Source: Lama guanicoe (lineage: Eukaryota). Taken from it: a stretch of DNA of 60,000 bases. Under the pieces are notes generated by a model that saw only the letters and a list, made by a program, of their open reading frames with translations, made no database searches and had not been told where the DNA came from. Shown here piece by piece: positions 1-11,164 of the stretch (positions within the stretch are counted from its first letter, which is position 1; each line of letters begins with the position of its first letter). Location of the stretch: assembly GCA_013239625.1 (NCBI GenBank), contig MU053934.1:10127352-10187351 (forward strand), in the 5' to 3' direction. The position numbers and the translations under genes are program-made.

Positions 1-563
1 CGCATTCACTCCCGTGTACAGTGGGAGACGGTTTGCAGGCCGCAGCACAGGGAGGGGACCGGGGACTGGAGTCCAGAAAGCAGGAAGGGGGTTCCAGAGG
101 CCGAGACAGAATGCATGGAATAGGACGCTGCAGAGCAGGGAGCTACCAGAGGTAGAGCCCGGGTGTCTGCAGAGGGTCCCTCCCAGTCCTTGGCGGGTGC
201 TGATCTGTCACGGGTGGGGTGACATTCCATGCACCAGGGGAAGAGTCAGTGGAACAACACCTGGAGCCGCCGTGGTGCTGGCCGTGGGGTGTAGCTGGCC
301 ATTGCTCTCTGCAGCTCCCTGGGACTGGAAGGTCACTGTCTCGTGGCTGAACGTGGGAGAAACCCTGTGTGAGCTGAGTGTGGGGCAGCGTCTGCAGGAG
401 CCTATGTGGCAGGCACAGGGGGACCTGGGCCAGAGCAGCCCCCCTTCTGTCCCCCTTCACTCTGCTGAGACGGAGGACTTCCTGCCAGCTGGCCAAGCAG
501 AAATACTTCCGGGGCCCAGGTCCATCACCACAGAGGCAATAAATTGCTAACTGGCACAACTGG

Positions 564-569
<6 letters not shown>

Positions 570-599
<30 letters not shown>
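570..599 (+). repeat. Poly(A) run of 30 nt
   Basis: Uninterrupted A30. Confidence 0.95.
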
Positions 600-603
<4 letters not shown>

Positions 604-961
604 AGGGAAGATGTGACCCAGGATCAGAAGGAAGGTCAACCATAGAAGCAGACCCACAGATCAGCAACAAAAACATGAGCAGCCCAATCAAAAGCTGGGC
701 GGAGGATTTCAGTGCAAACTTCACAGAAGGGATGGAAGTGGCCGGTGAGCACGTGGAAGTCTGTTCAACTGCAGCATCATTAGTCATCGCGGAACGGCTA
801 GTTAACTCGTAATGAGATGCCATCTAACACTGAGTAGAATGGCTAAATTGAAAGTCCGACAAACACTAAAATTGGACCAGGATGTGGGAGCGGTGAAACT
901 CTCACACGTTAATGGTGGGAGCTGTAAAATGGTACAACCACTTTGAAGGACCATAGGGCAG

Positions 962-1021
962 TTTTTTTTTTTTAACATTTTTTAAATTGAGTTACAGTCA
1001 TTTTACAATGTTGTGTCAAAT
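962..1021 (-). mobile_element. Extremely 5'-truncated young L1 3' end (~60 bp) with target-site duplication
   Basis: Poly(T) followed by aacattttttaaattgagttacagtcattttacaatgttgtgtcaaat. Flanked by catagggcagtttttt at 952-967 and 1022-1037. Near-identical to the start of the element at 1441. Confidence 0.9.
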
Positions 1022-1440
1022 CATAGGGCAGTTTTTTAATGAAGTTAAGCATGAACTTAGCATGAGCCAGCAGTCCCACGACTTCCTGTTTGCCTAATGG
1101 AGATAGAAGCGTAGCCTCGTGCAGCAGTGTGCACAGGAGCGCTCACGGCAGCTTGCCACGGAGGGAGAGCTTGCCAGGAGCCCAGATGTCTCTGGACAGG
1201 CGATCTCTTCACCTTGGTTTTGCTCTTGCAACCCTACTGTCTTAATTGCTGTGGCTCTGGGGTGCGTTTCCTTGTGTGTGAAGGCAAGTTCTTGTACATT
1301 ACTCTTTTTGGAGATTTTATGGGCTGTTCTTATGCACTTGCTCTTCCAGACGATCCTTGGGTCAGCTCACTAAGTTTCAGAACACATACAGTGAAGCCTT
1401 TTGGAATTTTGATTGGCTTTGCATTGAACGTGAAGATTTT

Positions 1441-1848
1441 TTTTTAACATTTTTTATTGATTTATAATCATTTTACAATGTTGTGTCAAATTCCAGTGTT
1501 CAGCACAATTTTTCAGTCATTCATGGACATATACACACTCATAGTCACATTTTTTTCTCTGTGATTTATCATCACTTTTTGTGTTTATTTCCCTGTGCTA
1601 TACAGTGTAATCTTGTTTATCTATTCTACAATTTTGAAATCCCAGTCTATCCCTTCCCACCCTCTACCCCCCTGGTAACCACAAGTCTGTATTCTCTGTC
1701 CATGAGTCTTTAGATTCCACATATGAGCGATCTCATATGGTATTTTTCTTTCTCTTTCTGGCTTACTTCACTTAGAATGACATTCTCTAGGAGCATCCAT
1801 GTTGCTGTAAATGGCGTTATGTTGTCGGTTTTTATGGCTGAGTAGTAT
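1441..1848 (-). mobile_element. Young lineage-specific L1 3' end (~400 bp)
   Basis: L1 3'UTR motifs (cctggtaaccacaagtctgt, tagattccacatatgagcga, cttacttcacttagaatga, catccatgttgctgtaaatggc). TSD aagattttttttt starts at 1433 and 1849. Confidence 0.9.
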
Positions 1849-1989
1849 AAGATTTTTTTTTTAATTGATGAACTTGAGCATTTTTGTAGGCGATGGTGAC
1901 GGCGTTGTGATTTTGAGTCTTAGCTCTACTGATACATCGTTTGTGTCTTCTTGCTTTTGTGGCCTAACTATCTCTTTGCTCATTGTTCC

Positions 1990-2420
1990 TCTTCCACTGT
2001 CACCATCCTAGCCACCACGACCTCTGCACTGGGCTTCGTAAGTAGCCCATGAAGTGGTCTCCTTGTGCCCACTGGCCTCCCAATCTGTTTTGCACGCTGT
2101 GGTCAAGGCTTTGCATTAGCTGTTCCTGGGTTAGAATTTTCCCGCTCCAGCCCCCTCGTCACTCAGTTAATTCTTCCTCATCTGTAGGTCTTACTTCAGT
2201 TGTCACGTCCCCAAGGAACCCTTCCCAAGTAGGTAAACCTTTCCACTTAGGATTCATTGCCCTCCTTACCTCTTCTAAGCACTTGGTCCGGTTGTAAGTT
2301 TACACTTGCTGCTTCCTAGGAGCAGAGAGTGAGTCCTCTGAGCAGGGGGGGCTTTGTAATTCCCGTACCCCTGGCCTAGTGCCCGCCCGGAGGACGTGCT
2401 CCTTGAATGCTTGTTCATGT
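1990..2420 (+). mobile_element. Degenerate L2 fragment
   Basis: L2-like motifs (ccactgtcaccatcctagccacc, cctggcctagtgccc, tgctccttgaatgcttgttca). Confidence 0.45.
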
Positions 2421-3279
2421 CGGTGAGCTTGGTGTTTTCCTCTGTTTCTTTACGTCTTTATGTAAAACCCTGTGGTTTTCTGCGTATGGTATTGTGCATT
2501 TCTTATTAAGCTTGTGCCTCTAATATTTTCTGTTTATGCTTTTGTCAGTAGAGAAAAACTATTGGTTTTTGACTCTTGTGTCTGCCATCTTGCCAAGCAC
2601 AGAACCCTGGTTCCTGCCTGTCTCCTGGTACTTCCTGCCTCCCCCTGCTGGCCTTGTCCTCAGGCTGGTCAGTTGCTGGGTGACGGCAGCAGCTCCAGCC
2701 TCACATCTGACCCTAGCAACCTTCAAAGGAAGCAAAAGAGGGTGGCCTCCAAAGGATTACCCAGCAGCAGCGAGGAGCCTCCTCAGAGCCCCCAGCTAAC
2801 TTGCCCTGCCTGCTCAGTGGCTCAACTAGGGTCCCAGGGCCACTGGTGAGGGCGTGCCTTAGCTCTGCACCTGCCAGCCAGCCCTGACTTTGCAGTGGTG
2901 TGAGTGGGGTCAGCTTCCCCTGGGCGGCTGGGGGAGGTGTGGTCACTGTGCACAGCCAGGATTCTTCTAGAGAGGTGGAAGGGGGAATGGGCCCTGGGTG
3001 GAAGTCTACACCGAACGTCTGTGAGAATGGTCCTGTGGCTTTTCCCATCGACCCCTTCAACACCTTAATAAAGTTACAGGGGTTCCTGGTGTGGGACCAT
3101 CCTTTCATTCCTGGAGTGAATTCGACTCACGTCTCCTAGTCTGTGGACACCCAGCTGTGTTGTGATCGGCTAAGATTTTATTTTGGGCCTTTTTGTCTGT
3201 GAGATTTGTCTGTGTTTCAAGAAGCCCTTTTAGTAATGGGGGTTAAAGGAGCGGGGAGACTCTGGGATAGGAAGGTCAC

Positions 3280-3430
3280 TTAGTTCCTGTGCCACCACGG
3301 CCGAGTCACCTAACTTCTCTGAGGTGGTTCCTCCTCCACTCATTAGGGTCACAGCCCTAATTAGCTCGAGCTGTTTTGAGGATCGAATGATATACATGGA
3401 AGCTCCTTTTGCGCACTAAAGCTCACACCG
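3280..3430 (+). mobile_element. MIR fragment
   Basis: MIR core-like gagtcacctaacttctctgag...tttgaggatcgaatgatatacatggaagc. Confidence 0.5.
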
Positions 3431-4690
3431 AGTCAGTACTTTGTCTCAGACTACAGATTTCAGATACCATTTTTGTGGTTTCTTTCATGATGAGAGAGGC
3501 GCAGAGAACATTAACGGCCGAGGTGTCTGTCGGCTTTCTTCATAAACAATAATCAGAAAGCCAGGCTTGCGTGGCAGGAGAGGCCCCGGGAAGACGACTG
3601 GTAAACACGGCGTTATTGCTGTTCGGATATGAGGTTCCTGCTTTTCATAATATCCTTAGGGAGCGGGGCAGATCTGATGCTTTCTGAGATTGCTGTAAAA
3701 TGCAGGCTATTACCCGCGCCGGCACCCAGTTACGCTGCACTCACCTTACTGAGACTGCTGTAATTGGAGACAGATTAGGTGTCAGGACTGTGTGTTTGGT
3801 TGATAATGTTACCGACGTCTTCTCTTTAATCACTTCTTTTACTCCTAGTGTTAATCATTAGCTCTGAGCTGTTGGGGGAGGAACCTGACGGTGGATCCCT
3901 AACTTGAAGACAAAATTACTTCCATTTCCTGGGGATGACTGAGTGTCACATACCTACACACTGGAGTGGGTTCTCTAGCCATTCAGGGCGTGTGATGGAG
4001 ACATGTGGGGAGACCCAGAAGGTCTCAGGGGCCCTGGTCCTTGCCCCCCAAGTGTGGCCCAGGCCCTGTCACCCCCGTCCAGGCCCCCCGTCCCTGGCCA
4101 ATCCTGCCCTCCGTGACCCTCCCACGGTTTGTAGGTTTGTAGGCAGCGGTGACTTGTACACGTTGGTGTGCACTGAACCTTCACTGTCCTCGGTGTGTGT
4201 ACTGTGGCTGCATCCTTAATCAGCGCTGTGCAGACAAGCGCACCCCCACGAGAGCGGGTGCTGCTCAGGACCAAGCCTGAGAGAGGCCCCTCCCTCCTTA
4301 ATCAGCGAGCGAGCGGTGGCGGGATGACAGGAAGGAAACGCGTTAAGGGGTTAAGCTGGGGGAGAGGGCGCGCGGGAGAGACAGAAGGAAGTGGCTGGGG
4401 AGAAAGGAGAGATGAAGGGGCCTCCCCTGTCCCAGGGGCTCTGGGACACTTGGGTGCATTTGGTGAACAAGTGCCAAGACTTAAGTAGCTTTGTCTGAAT
4501 AGAGCGGTCGCTTCACTCCTCTCCTCTATTGAGAACAATCCGTACCTGAAATTGTTACCACTTAGGTTCATTCTGCTTTCATTTCTGGGGCTCCTTGTCC
4601 CCTAGTATCCCTGGGGGAGGATGTTACAACACTGGGAGGGTTTACTCACTGTTTGTAAACCCTGTTTTTCTGTCTCTTTTCTGTCCACAG

Positions 4691-4761
4691 AAGAATTGCG
4701 GAGGTTGAGCTGGTCCGGAATCCCGAAGCCGGTGCGCCCCATCACGTGGAAGCTGCTCTCA
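4691..4761 (+). CDS. TBC1D22A: TBC1D22A internal coding exon (71 bp, approx. exon 5): (E)ELRRLSWSGIPKPVRPITWKLLS
   Basis: Pyrimidine tract + ccacag acceptor and TCA|gtaagt donor. The translation carries the TBC N-terminal GIP..R...WKLL motif. It ends in phase 0 and joins the next exon in frame. Confidence 0.97.
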
Positions 4762-6689
4762 GTAAGTCTCCCCAGGCCTGCTGCCAGGCGCCGCTTCCTC
4801 CCGTGAGGCCAGCTCCCGGGGTCGGCCGGGCTGCGGGCTCCGCGGCCCGGGCACGTGCCCGGTCTCTGTCGCAGCGAGCGGGGCCTGAGCTGGGGCTAGG
4901 ATGGCATTTCCCGTCCTTTGCTCAATTTCAAGCTTGGTTTGACAAGGCTGGCAGCAAAGGAGAATAAGTATAGTTTATGACAGCTGTGTTCTTTTTCTCT
5001 CATTCTGCTATTTTAAAAATCTTTGTAATATTTCTGAACCTGAGACATAGAAAAGTTCCAGCATAGATTATTTCAGCCCTGAGGATTCAAGCAGGGAAAT
5101 ATTTTTGACCAGCAAGTTTTTTTTTTTTTAATTTTTACTTTTTAAAAATACTAGTAATGATGTTAGGGGAAAAAGAAGTCGTTTGTGTTTCTGTGATGGA
5201 GGCTGGAGCTGTGTCTTCCTCACGGCTGGGACCGGAGACTCCTGGGGAAGGTGCTTCGCCCGAGTTCATGTCAGAAGGGAGCTTGGCCCTGCTGAACACT
5301 TCAGAATGGTTTAGAGACAGCTTTTGTCCCTTCTCTTTTTTTAAAAAAAATATTTTTGCAGCTAAGTCAGCAGGGAACCCTGCGTGTTTACTCTAAATTG
5401 GGCCTGACTTCCAGTATTTAAAAGGCTCTTTCTTGCTAATGAGTCTGGATAAATGTGCAGCTTAGTACCTCATAGCCCCCCGTGCAGATGCAGCTCCGAA
5501 CAGTGGATATTTATGGATGAAACATCCTCTTGCAATTAAAATTAGACCTGTGGTGACTGCTTATGTTTTTGTTCGGTGTCTTCTGTGTCAAGCGTTTATA
5601 TCCAGTTTTCCAGACGTCCTCCAAGATAGGTCACGGGCTTTTCCGAGGGGCTTGCAGGAAGTTGTGGGGAGAGCACCTTTAAGACCCCGTGTTGCAGGTT
5701 CGCATATACTAGGGACGTGCTGCATCTGGTGGAAAGCCTCATGTGAGTCATTTCGTCCTGTTCCTTCCTTAGTTCTCCGTCTCTGTGGGTCCTGGTTTAG
5801 ATCCCCTGACGTGCTGCCCAGTGAGTGACTTGGGAAAGGGCCTCCTGGGAGTCTGCGGACACAGGAGCAAAAGGGGGGGTGACAGAGGCTCCACTTCACT
5901 GGTTTGCGGGGGAGGGGGTCGAGTCTGTAACCAGGAATGCTGGGAGTGCAGGTGACAGGAAGTCCGGCCTTCTCAGGCTTGTTTACCCATTTAACTGCCA
6001 CTAATTACAGGGCCCTTTGCCCGGTGGTGGGGTGCGGTAGACACTGGCCCACCTCTGGGGGTGCGGCAGGGTCTGGGGGCCACGTGCTGTGGGACGTTCG
6101 GGACGCAGGCGGGCCCTGTGGGTGAGAGGGGGGCACGTGTCTGGGGGAGGAGGCTTCGCTCCGGGTCTGCAGGTGGTGGCTGGTGGGCGGGAGGGGAGGA
6201 GGGGCAGTTCTGACTCCTAGGCTTGTGTTGATGGATAAGCAAGAAAAAAGTGTTGGGATCAGTGAGCAGAGCCTGTCCTTCCAAAGGGTGGGGCACCAAA
6301 AAGGGGTGGCCGTCCCCGGGCGGTGCAGACGTGCAGAATGGCGGGCAGGGCTTCCTGGAGACAGTGGGATGCCTTCTCGGAGGCTGTGTCCGTGTTCCCT
6401 GGGTCAGGCAGGTGGGGAGGTCACGTGACCCGTGGAGGGGGCAGTGGGGGTGTAGGGCCGGCAGGGGTCGAGGCCGAGGTGAGCTGGCTCCCCAGGAACC
6501 AGCAGGCTGACCACTTGGCTGAGGAGGGAATGAGGAGCCTGGGGTCGCTGGGTTGGGGGAGGCCAGGTGCTCAGGGGCCAGGGGCACATTGCTTGGGCTG
6601 CACCCTGAGGGAGCAACGTGAGGGAGAGATGAGGCTGTGCTTCTGGGAGACTCAGGCCTGGAGCCCGTTGCAAGGGCCATTGGTTGGTT

Positions 6690-7000
6690 CATCCATTCAT
6701 CAGATCAGTACTTACTGGGCGCTTTCTGTGTCTCAGGCACCGTTGGTGCTGGGAGGTAGCAGGGAAGGCAGAAACGACGCAGTGCCTGTCCCTCATGGGG
6801 CCTGCAGAAAAGGATGGAGTCCCTGCTCTCCTCTGACGCCCCCAGGACAGGGCTGGGTCTTGCCACTCGGAAGCAGTCCATCCTCTCAATCCTCTCAGGA
6901 GTCTGTGTCCCCAGTGCACTGCTCACGCCAGGTCTCTTCCTTCGCTTTTTTGCTTGTCATATAAGCATTTATTGAGTGCTTGCTGTGTGCAGACTGTGCC
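6690..7000 (-). mobile_element. L2 3'-end fragments
   Basis: catccattcatcag...tacttactgggcgct...tgcctgtccctcatgggg and aagcatttattgagtgcttgctgtgtgc. Confidence 0.55.
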
Positions 7001-9384
7001 CATGCAAGAGGATCCATGGACGCGGTGGTCTGAGTGCAGAGTGCGCGAGCAGGCAGTCAGTTAGGGTAGTTCCTGACTGTGCTGGAGGAGGAAGAGGTGC
7101 TGGGTGTGAGGGGGCTGCTCCCGAGTGCCCCTTGGGAGGGGCTAGAGCCGGGGCGTGGAGAACAGGGAGGGAGGAGCGGCCGGGGCTGCAGGTGTGGGCG
7201 GCACTCAGCAGCTGGAGGAGGAAGCCAGCCTGGGTGCCGTGGACCTGTGCTCCCTGGCCGCCCCGCTCTGGGCCCACGCAGGCCGGCAGTGACGCTTTGG
7301 GGGTACGGCCGGGCTCTGGGCGTCCAGGGGAGGGAACCCAGCTGGTTGAGGGGTGCTAGTCACACGTGATGGTCGGAGGGCGGGACCGTGGGGCCGCCGC
7401 CTCTGGCCCCGTCAGCACCAGCCAGGAGCGCGCTCACCCGCCTCTCTGCTCGTCCTCTGGTTGCTCCCTGGCGTGGCCTAAGCACGTGATGGGAGGTTTC
7501 GCGCGCACAGCGAATGATGTTCCTCCCGCATCCCTGATTCTGCAGGTGTTTCTCACGCGTCTGTCCTTGGCTGGACCCTTTGCAAGTGCCAGGCCCGAGG
7601 GTATCGTGGAGAATGGTGGGGAGGAAGCCCTGTGGGCTCTTTGGGACATGAGGGGTGTGGACAGGGGTCTCTGAATCTGAGGCCCGCGCACCCCTCTCCC
7701 TGGGAAGCTTCTGCAGACCCTGACTTCCAGGCTCCGGAAGTGGACCCGGGTCGGGTGGCCTGAGCCATCGGGGTTTGTGCCACTGTGGCACACTGTGACC
7801 CAGGGTCTGCAGAGCCCCTGCCCCAGGCCCGGTAGGGGTCAAGGGAGCAGCACAGATGAGGGCCCCCTCCTGCCCTGTGGTTTTTCATCCTGGGTCCACA
7901 TTTGTGTCACCTGGGGAGCTGAGGTTCCCTGGGGGTTCTCACACGTGCCCAGGGTTGGGGACCGCTGCCCTAGGACACCCAGGCCCCACGTGGGACAGGG
8001 CAGGGCTCTGAAGGCAGCACCCCTGGGCTGAGTGCCCGGGCAGGGGAGCCGCTGGGCCTGATTCACCGAGAGCACGCTGTCCAGGGGCTCGGCTGTGGGG
8101 CCGGAGGGCGGGATGTCCCAGCTCACTCTGCGCCTGGGCTCCGGAGCCTCAGCGTGGAACCCGAGATCGGGAGGAATTTACCCTTTGTCCACTTTGAAAA
8201 GACAAGCCAGCACAGCTGCACTTGGGCGGGAGTCTCTTTCAAGACCTGGCCGACAAGAGCTGTGCTCAGGGTTTGTCGGTAACGCAGTCCCTGAGGCTCG
8301 TCGATGAGCTCTGTCTGAACTGACGGGAGGAGGTGCTCCTGTCGTGAAGGAAGGTGAGGACCTTGGCTCTTGTAACTGAGGGAGAACGAGCCCGGACTCT
8401 AGTCTAGCACTTACCGTTAAACTCCATTAACGCTGCTGAACGCCGAAGTTCCACGCAAGCAGTGCAGCGACTTTTAAGAATTAGTGCTGCAGAGTACCAT
8501 ATTTTTGGCTCTTTTTAAAAGTAACTGTTCAGAGACATCGACCAGAGACCCAGTAAACATCCGATGTTTGTGCGAGTCAGCAGAATGGTTAAAAACGGTA
8601 AGTTGGCTCTGGTGTCGTCTCTCCTGTGTTGGGGCGGGTTGCACGTGAACCCGGGAGGAGGGAGTGACGCGATGTTTGTGTCGCCGGGAATTTCGGTACA
8701 GGCCTTCTCACGCACTGTGTTACGTTTATGATTAGTGTTTTTATAGCATGCTAATACAGCAATTAGGTTTTCTGTGGTTCTGTCATTTAAAATTCATTGC
8801 ATACGTGAGTATGTTTCATTTGCATAATTCCCAGTCTCACTGAATTGTCTGGAGACCTCGACTTGCGTGTGTGTTTCCCTTTAGGGATGGGGGCGTCAGG
8901 AGGACGTGGGGGCTCTTCCCACTTTGACACACCTGCTTTCAGGGCTTCCTTTTCAGTACGTCAGTTAATTAGGGGTGGCGAGAATCTGGGTACTTGTTCA
9001 CCTTCACTAAGAATCTGCTGGCGGTGCCGCAGGGGGTCTGCATGAGGCTGTCCACACCTGCCCCGGCTTACACCTCGTGGCGGCCCACAGCCCTGGCCCG
9101 GCGCGCAGGGCCTGCTGCCCCGGCTGCTGCCGACCTGTCCACGCCACTCCTCTGCCAAGGCTTGCTCAGGCCAGCCTGGACGCATGTCCCTGCGTGCTCC
9201 ACATGGCTCTGCCACTTTCTCAGTGCATCTGTGTCTCTCTCCCTCCTCCTCCATCGCCCATCAGACCCAGCCCAGAACAGTATGCAAGCTAGTCCTTCTT
9301 GGTCACCAGTTAGCGCAGACCTGTCCCCCTGGCCTCCCAGGGCAGGGCCCTCCCTGGGGTGTGACAGTGTCATTGCACATCTGC

Positions 9385-9700
9385 TGACATCCATTCACTC
9401 ACCAAGTATCTGCAGAGCATCTGTTGTGTCTAGACACTGCTCTGAGCCCTTGGCAGGCGTCTGTGGACAGAAGAGGTGAAGACGCCTGCCCTGATGGGGC
9501 TTGTATTTTAGTGGAGGGAGATGAGCAGTAAACTGTGTAAGTCAACTTTCCAGTGTCTTAGAAGGTGCTAGTGCCGCAGAAGGAACATGAACACGGAAGC
9601 AGGAGGTCTGAGGACGAGGGTGGTGCCGGGGCGGCGGCCTCTGAGCAGCGAGTTGGGGAGGGGAGGGGCTGGGCCATGCAGGCGTCCGGGGAGGCGAGTT
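9385..9700 (-). mobile_element. L2a-like fragment
   Basis: catccattcactcaccaagtatctgcagagcatct...cctgccctgatggggcttgtattttagtggagggaga. Confidence 0.6.
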
Positions 9701-9855
9701 CAGTTTCATCCAGTCTTTGGGGAGGAATGTGTTGATTCCAGTACTGTGTGTCCTGTGGGATGTGGTGCGGGCCAGACGGCCCTGGGGAAGGGAGTGGAGC
9801 CCTGACGCTGGAGGGTGATCACCAGTAACAAGAAGGGCCCCTTGGCCCTGCTGCA

Positions 9856-9903
9856 CAGAGGAGAGTGGGCGCCGGGCAGCAGAGGAGAGTGGGCGCTGGG
9901 CAG
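9856..9903 (+). repeat. 24-bp tandem duplication (2 copies, 1 mismatch)
   Basis: cagaggagagtgggcgccgggcag followed by cagaggagagtgggcgctgggcag. Confidence 0.9.
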
Positions 9904-10913
9904 TGGACGCCCCTGAGGGAGGCTCAGACCCGAGGAGCAGGAGGCGGCCGTGCAGGGGTGGAGATGAGGGCTGGCCCGCCTGGGCATCTGGTCCAGCGAG
10001 GGAAGATGCTTAGCCTCGTCAGTCATTTGGGAAGTGACCTTAAATCCGCTGGACAGAATGGCTGAAATCTAGATTGACAATACAGAGCGTTAGGGAGCAG
10101 GTGGGAGGGGCATCAGCGACCCGGGATGGGGGAGGGCAGCGGCCCCGCTTCTCCTGGCCGGGAGGATGGGGCTGGACCGCAGAGGGCCCTGGGGACTGCT
10201 GTGGGGCGATGGGGCGCTCTGATTGTCCCCTTTGCCCGATGTCCCAGAACTGCTTACTCAGAAGAGGCCCCTTTTGTTTTATGTATGATCTGGCAGTGCT
10301 GTTGACTTAAAAGTACAAAATACAAGACGGGAGTCTGGCCTCTTCACGGCCACCCTGTGCTGCCAGACCCCTTCTGGATGTGTCTCTTTAGGTGTGGGGC
10401 CTGTGGCTGCCAAAAGCACAGCAGTGCCTGGAGGGAAGGGGCGTACGGACGTCTGGGTGTGTACACACGTGTGCATACGTGTGCATGTGGTCTGCATGGA
10501 CGCTAACGCCTGTGTGCGCACATGCTCAGTGGTCGTGGGGCCTGCAGACTTCGGGCTCTCAGTGGTGAGGCGGTTAGAGGAGGCTGGTTCTGCCTGTCAG
10601 CCGTGCTTTAGAAACGCGTTCAACACCAGCTGCCCCGGCCCCCACCGCGTCTGGCCTGGCCGCAGGGGAAGGTTGGTCTCCTGGGCTGAGCCGCCGTGCC
10701 TGAGCCCAGCCTCATGTCCTGCTGCCGGCGGGGAGAGGGGTGCCCGCTGCTGTGCTCAGCTGCCGCCTCCCTGTGTCCCTTTCTTTTCTCGCAGCTCGTT
10801 TTTCCTCCCCTGGGTGAGATTTCAGAGCGCCACGCTCGTTTAAGGTGTGAGCTTTTTAACTTCAGACTTCCAGTAGAGACTCCATGGATCACCATTAACC
10901 TTAGTACTTTGTT

Positions 10914-11011
10914 TTTGTTTTTGTTGATTGATTGAAGTATAGTCGGTTACAATGTGTCAGTTTCCGATGTACAGCACAATGTCCCAGTCATGCGTATACA
11001 CACATGTATGT
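10914..11011 (-). mobile_element. Short young L1 3'-end insertion immediately upstream of the exon 6 acceptor
   Basis: T-rich tail then ttgaagtatagtcggttacaatgtgtcagtttccgatgtacagcacaatgtcccagtcatgc. It aligns by eye with the copy at 40430-40506. Candidate TSD ctttgtt at 10907-10913 and 11012-11018. Confidence 0.85.
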
Positions 11012-11035
11012 CTTTGTTGTTTTTTTCTCACCCAG

Positions 11036-11164
11036 GGTTACCTTCCTGCCAACGTTGACCGAAGACCAGCCACTCTCCAAAGAAAACAGAAAGAGTATTT
11101 TGCCTTTATTGATCACTATTACGACTCTCGGAATGACGAAGTTCACCAGGACACCTACAGACAG
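11036..11164 (+). CDS. TBC1D22A: TBC1D22A internal coding exon (129 bp, approx. exon 6): GYLPANVDRRPATLQRKQKEYFAFIDHYYDSRNDEVHQDTYRQ
   Basis: ttttttctcacccag acceptor and CAG|gtgggg donor; 43 codons, phase 0-0; peptide recognised as TBC1D22A. Confidence 0.97.

Larger units (their letters stand above)
520..1190 (+). mobile_element. Old L1M (L1MC/ME-like) fragments, interrupted by a young L1 piece
   Basis: Degenerate L1 ORF2 3' motifs (gaaactctcacacgttaatggtggga, gtaaaatggtacaaccactttgaa, ccagcagtcccac) and an ORF1-start-like piece near 600-660. Confidence 0.65.

Noticed and set aside
538..599. AATAAA followed ~26 nt later by A30, suggesting a retrocopy or gene 3' end
   Set aside because: No TSD or mRNA-like upstream body was found, and the flanks resemble a contiguous old L1 segment whose native A run expanded.
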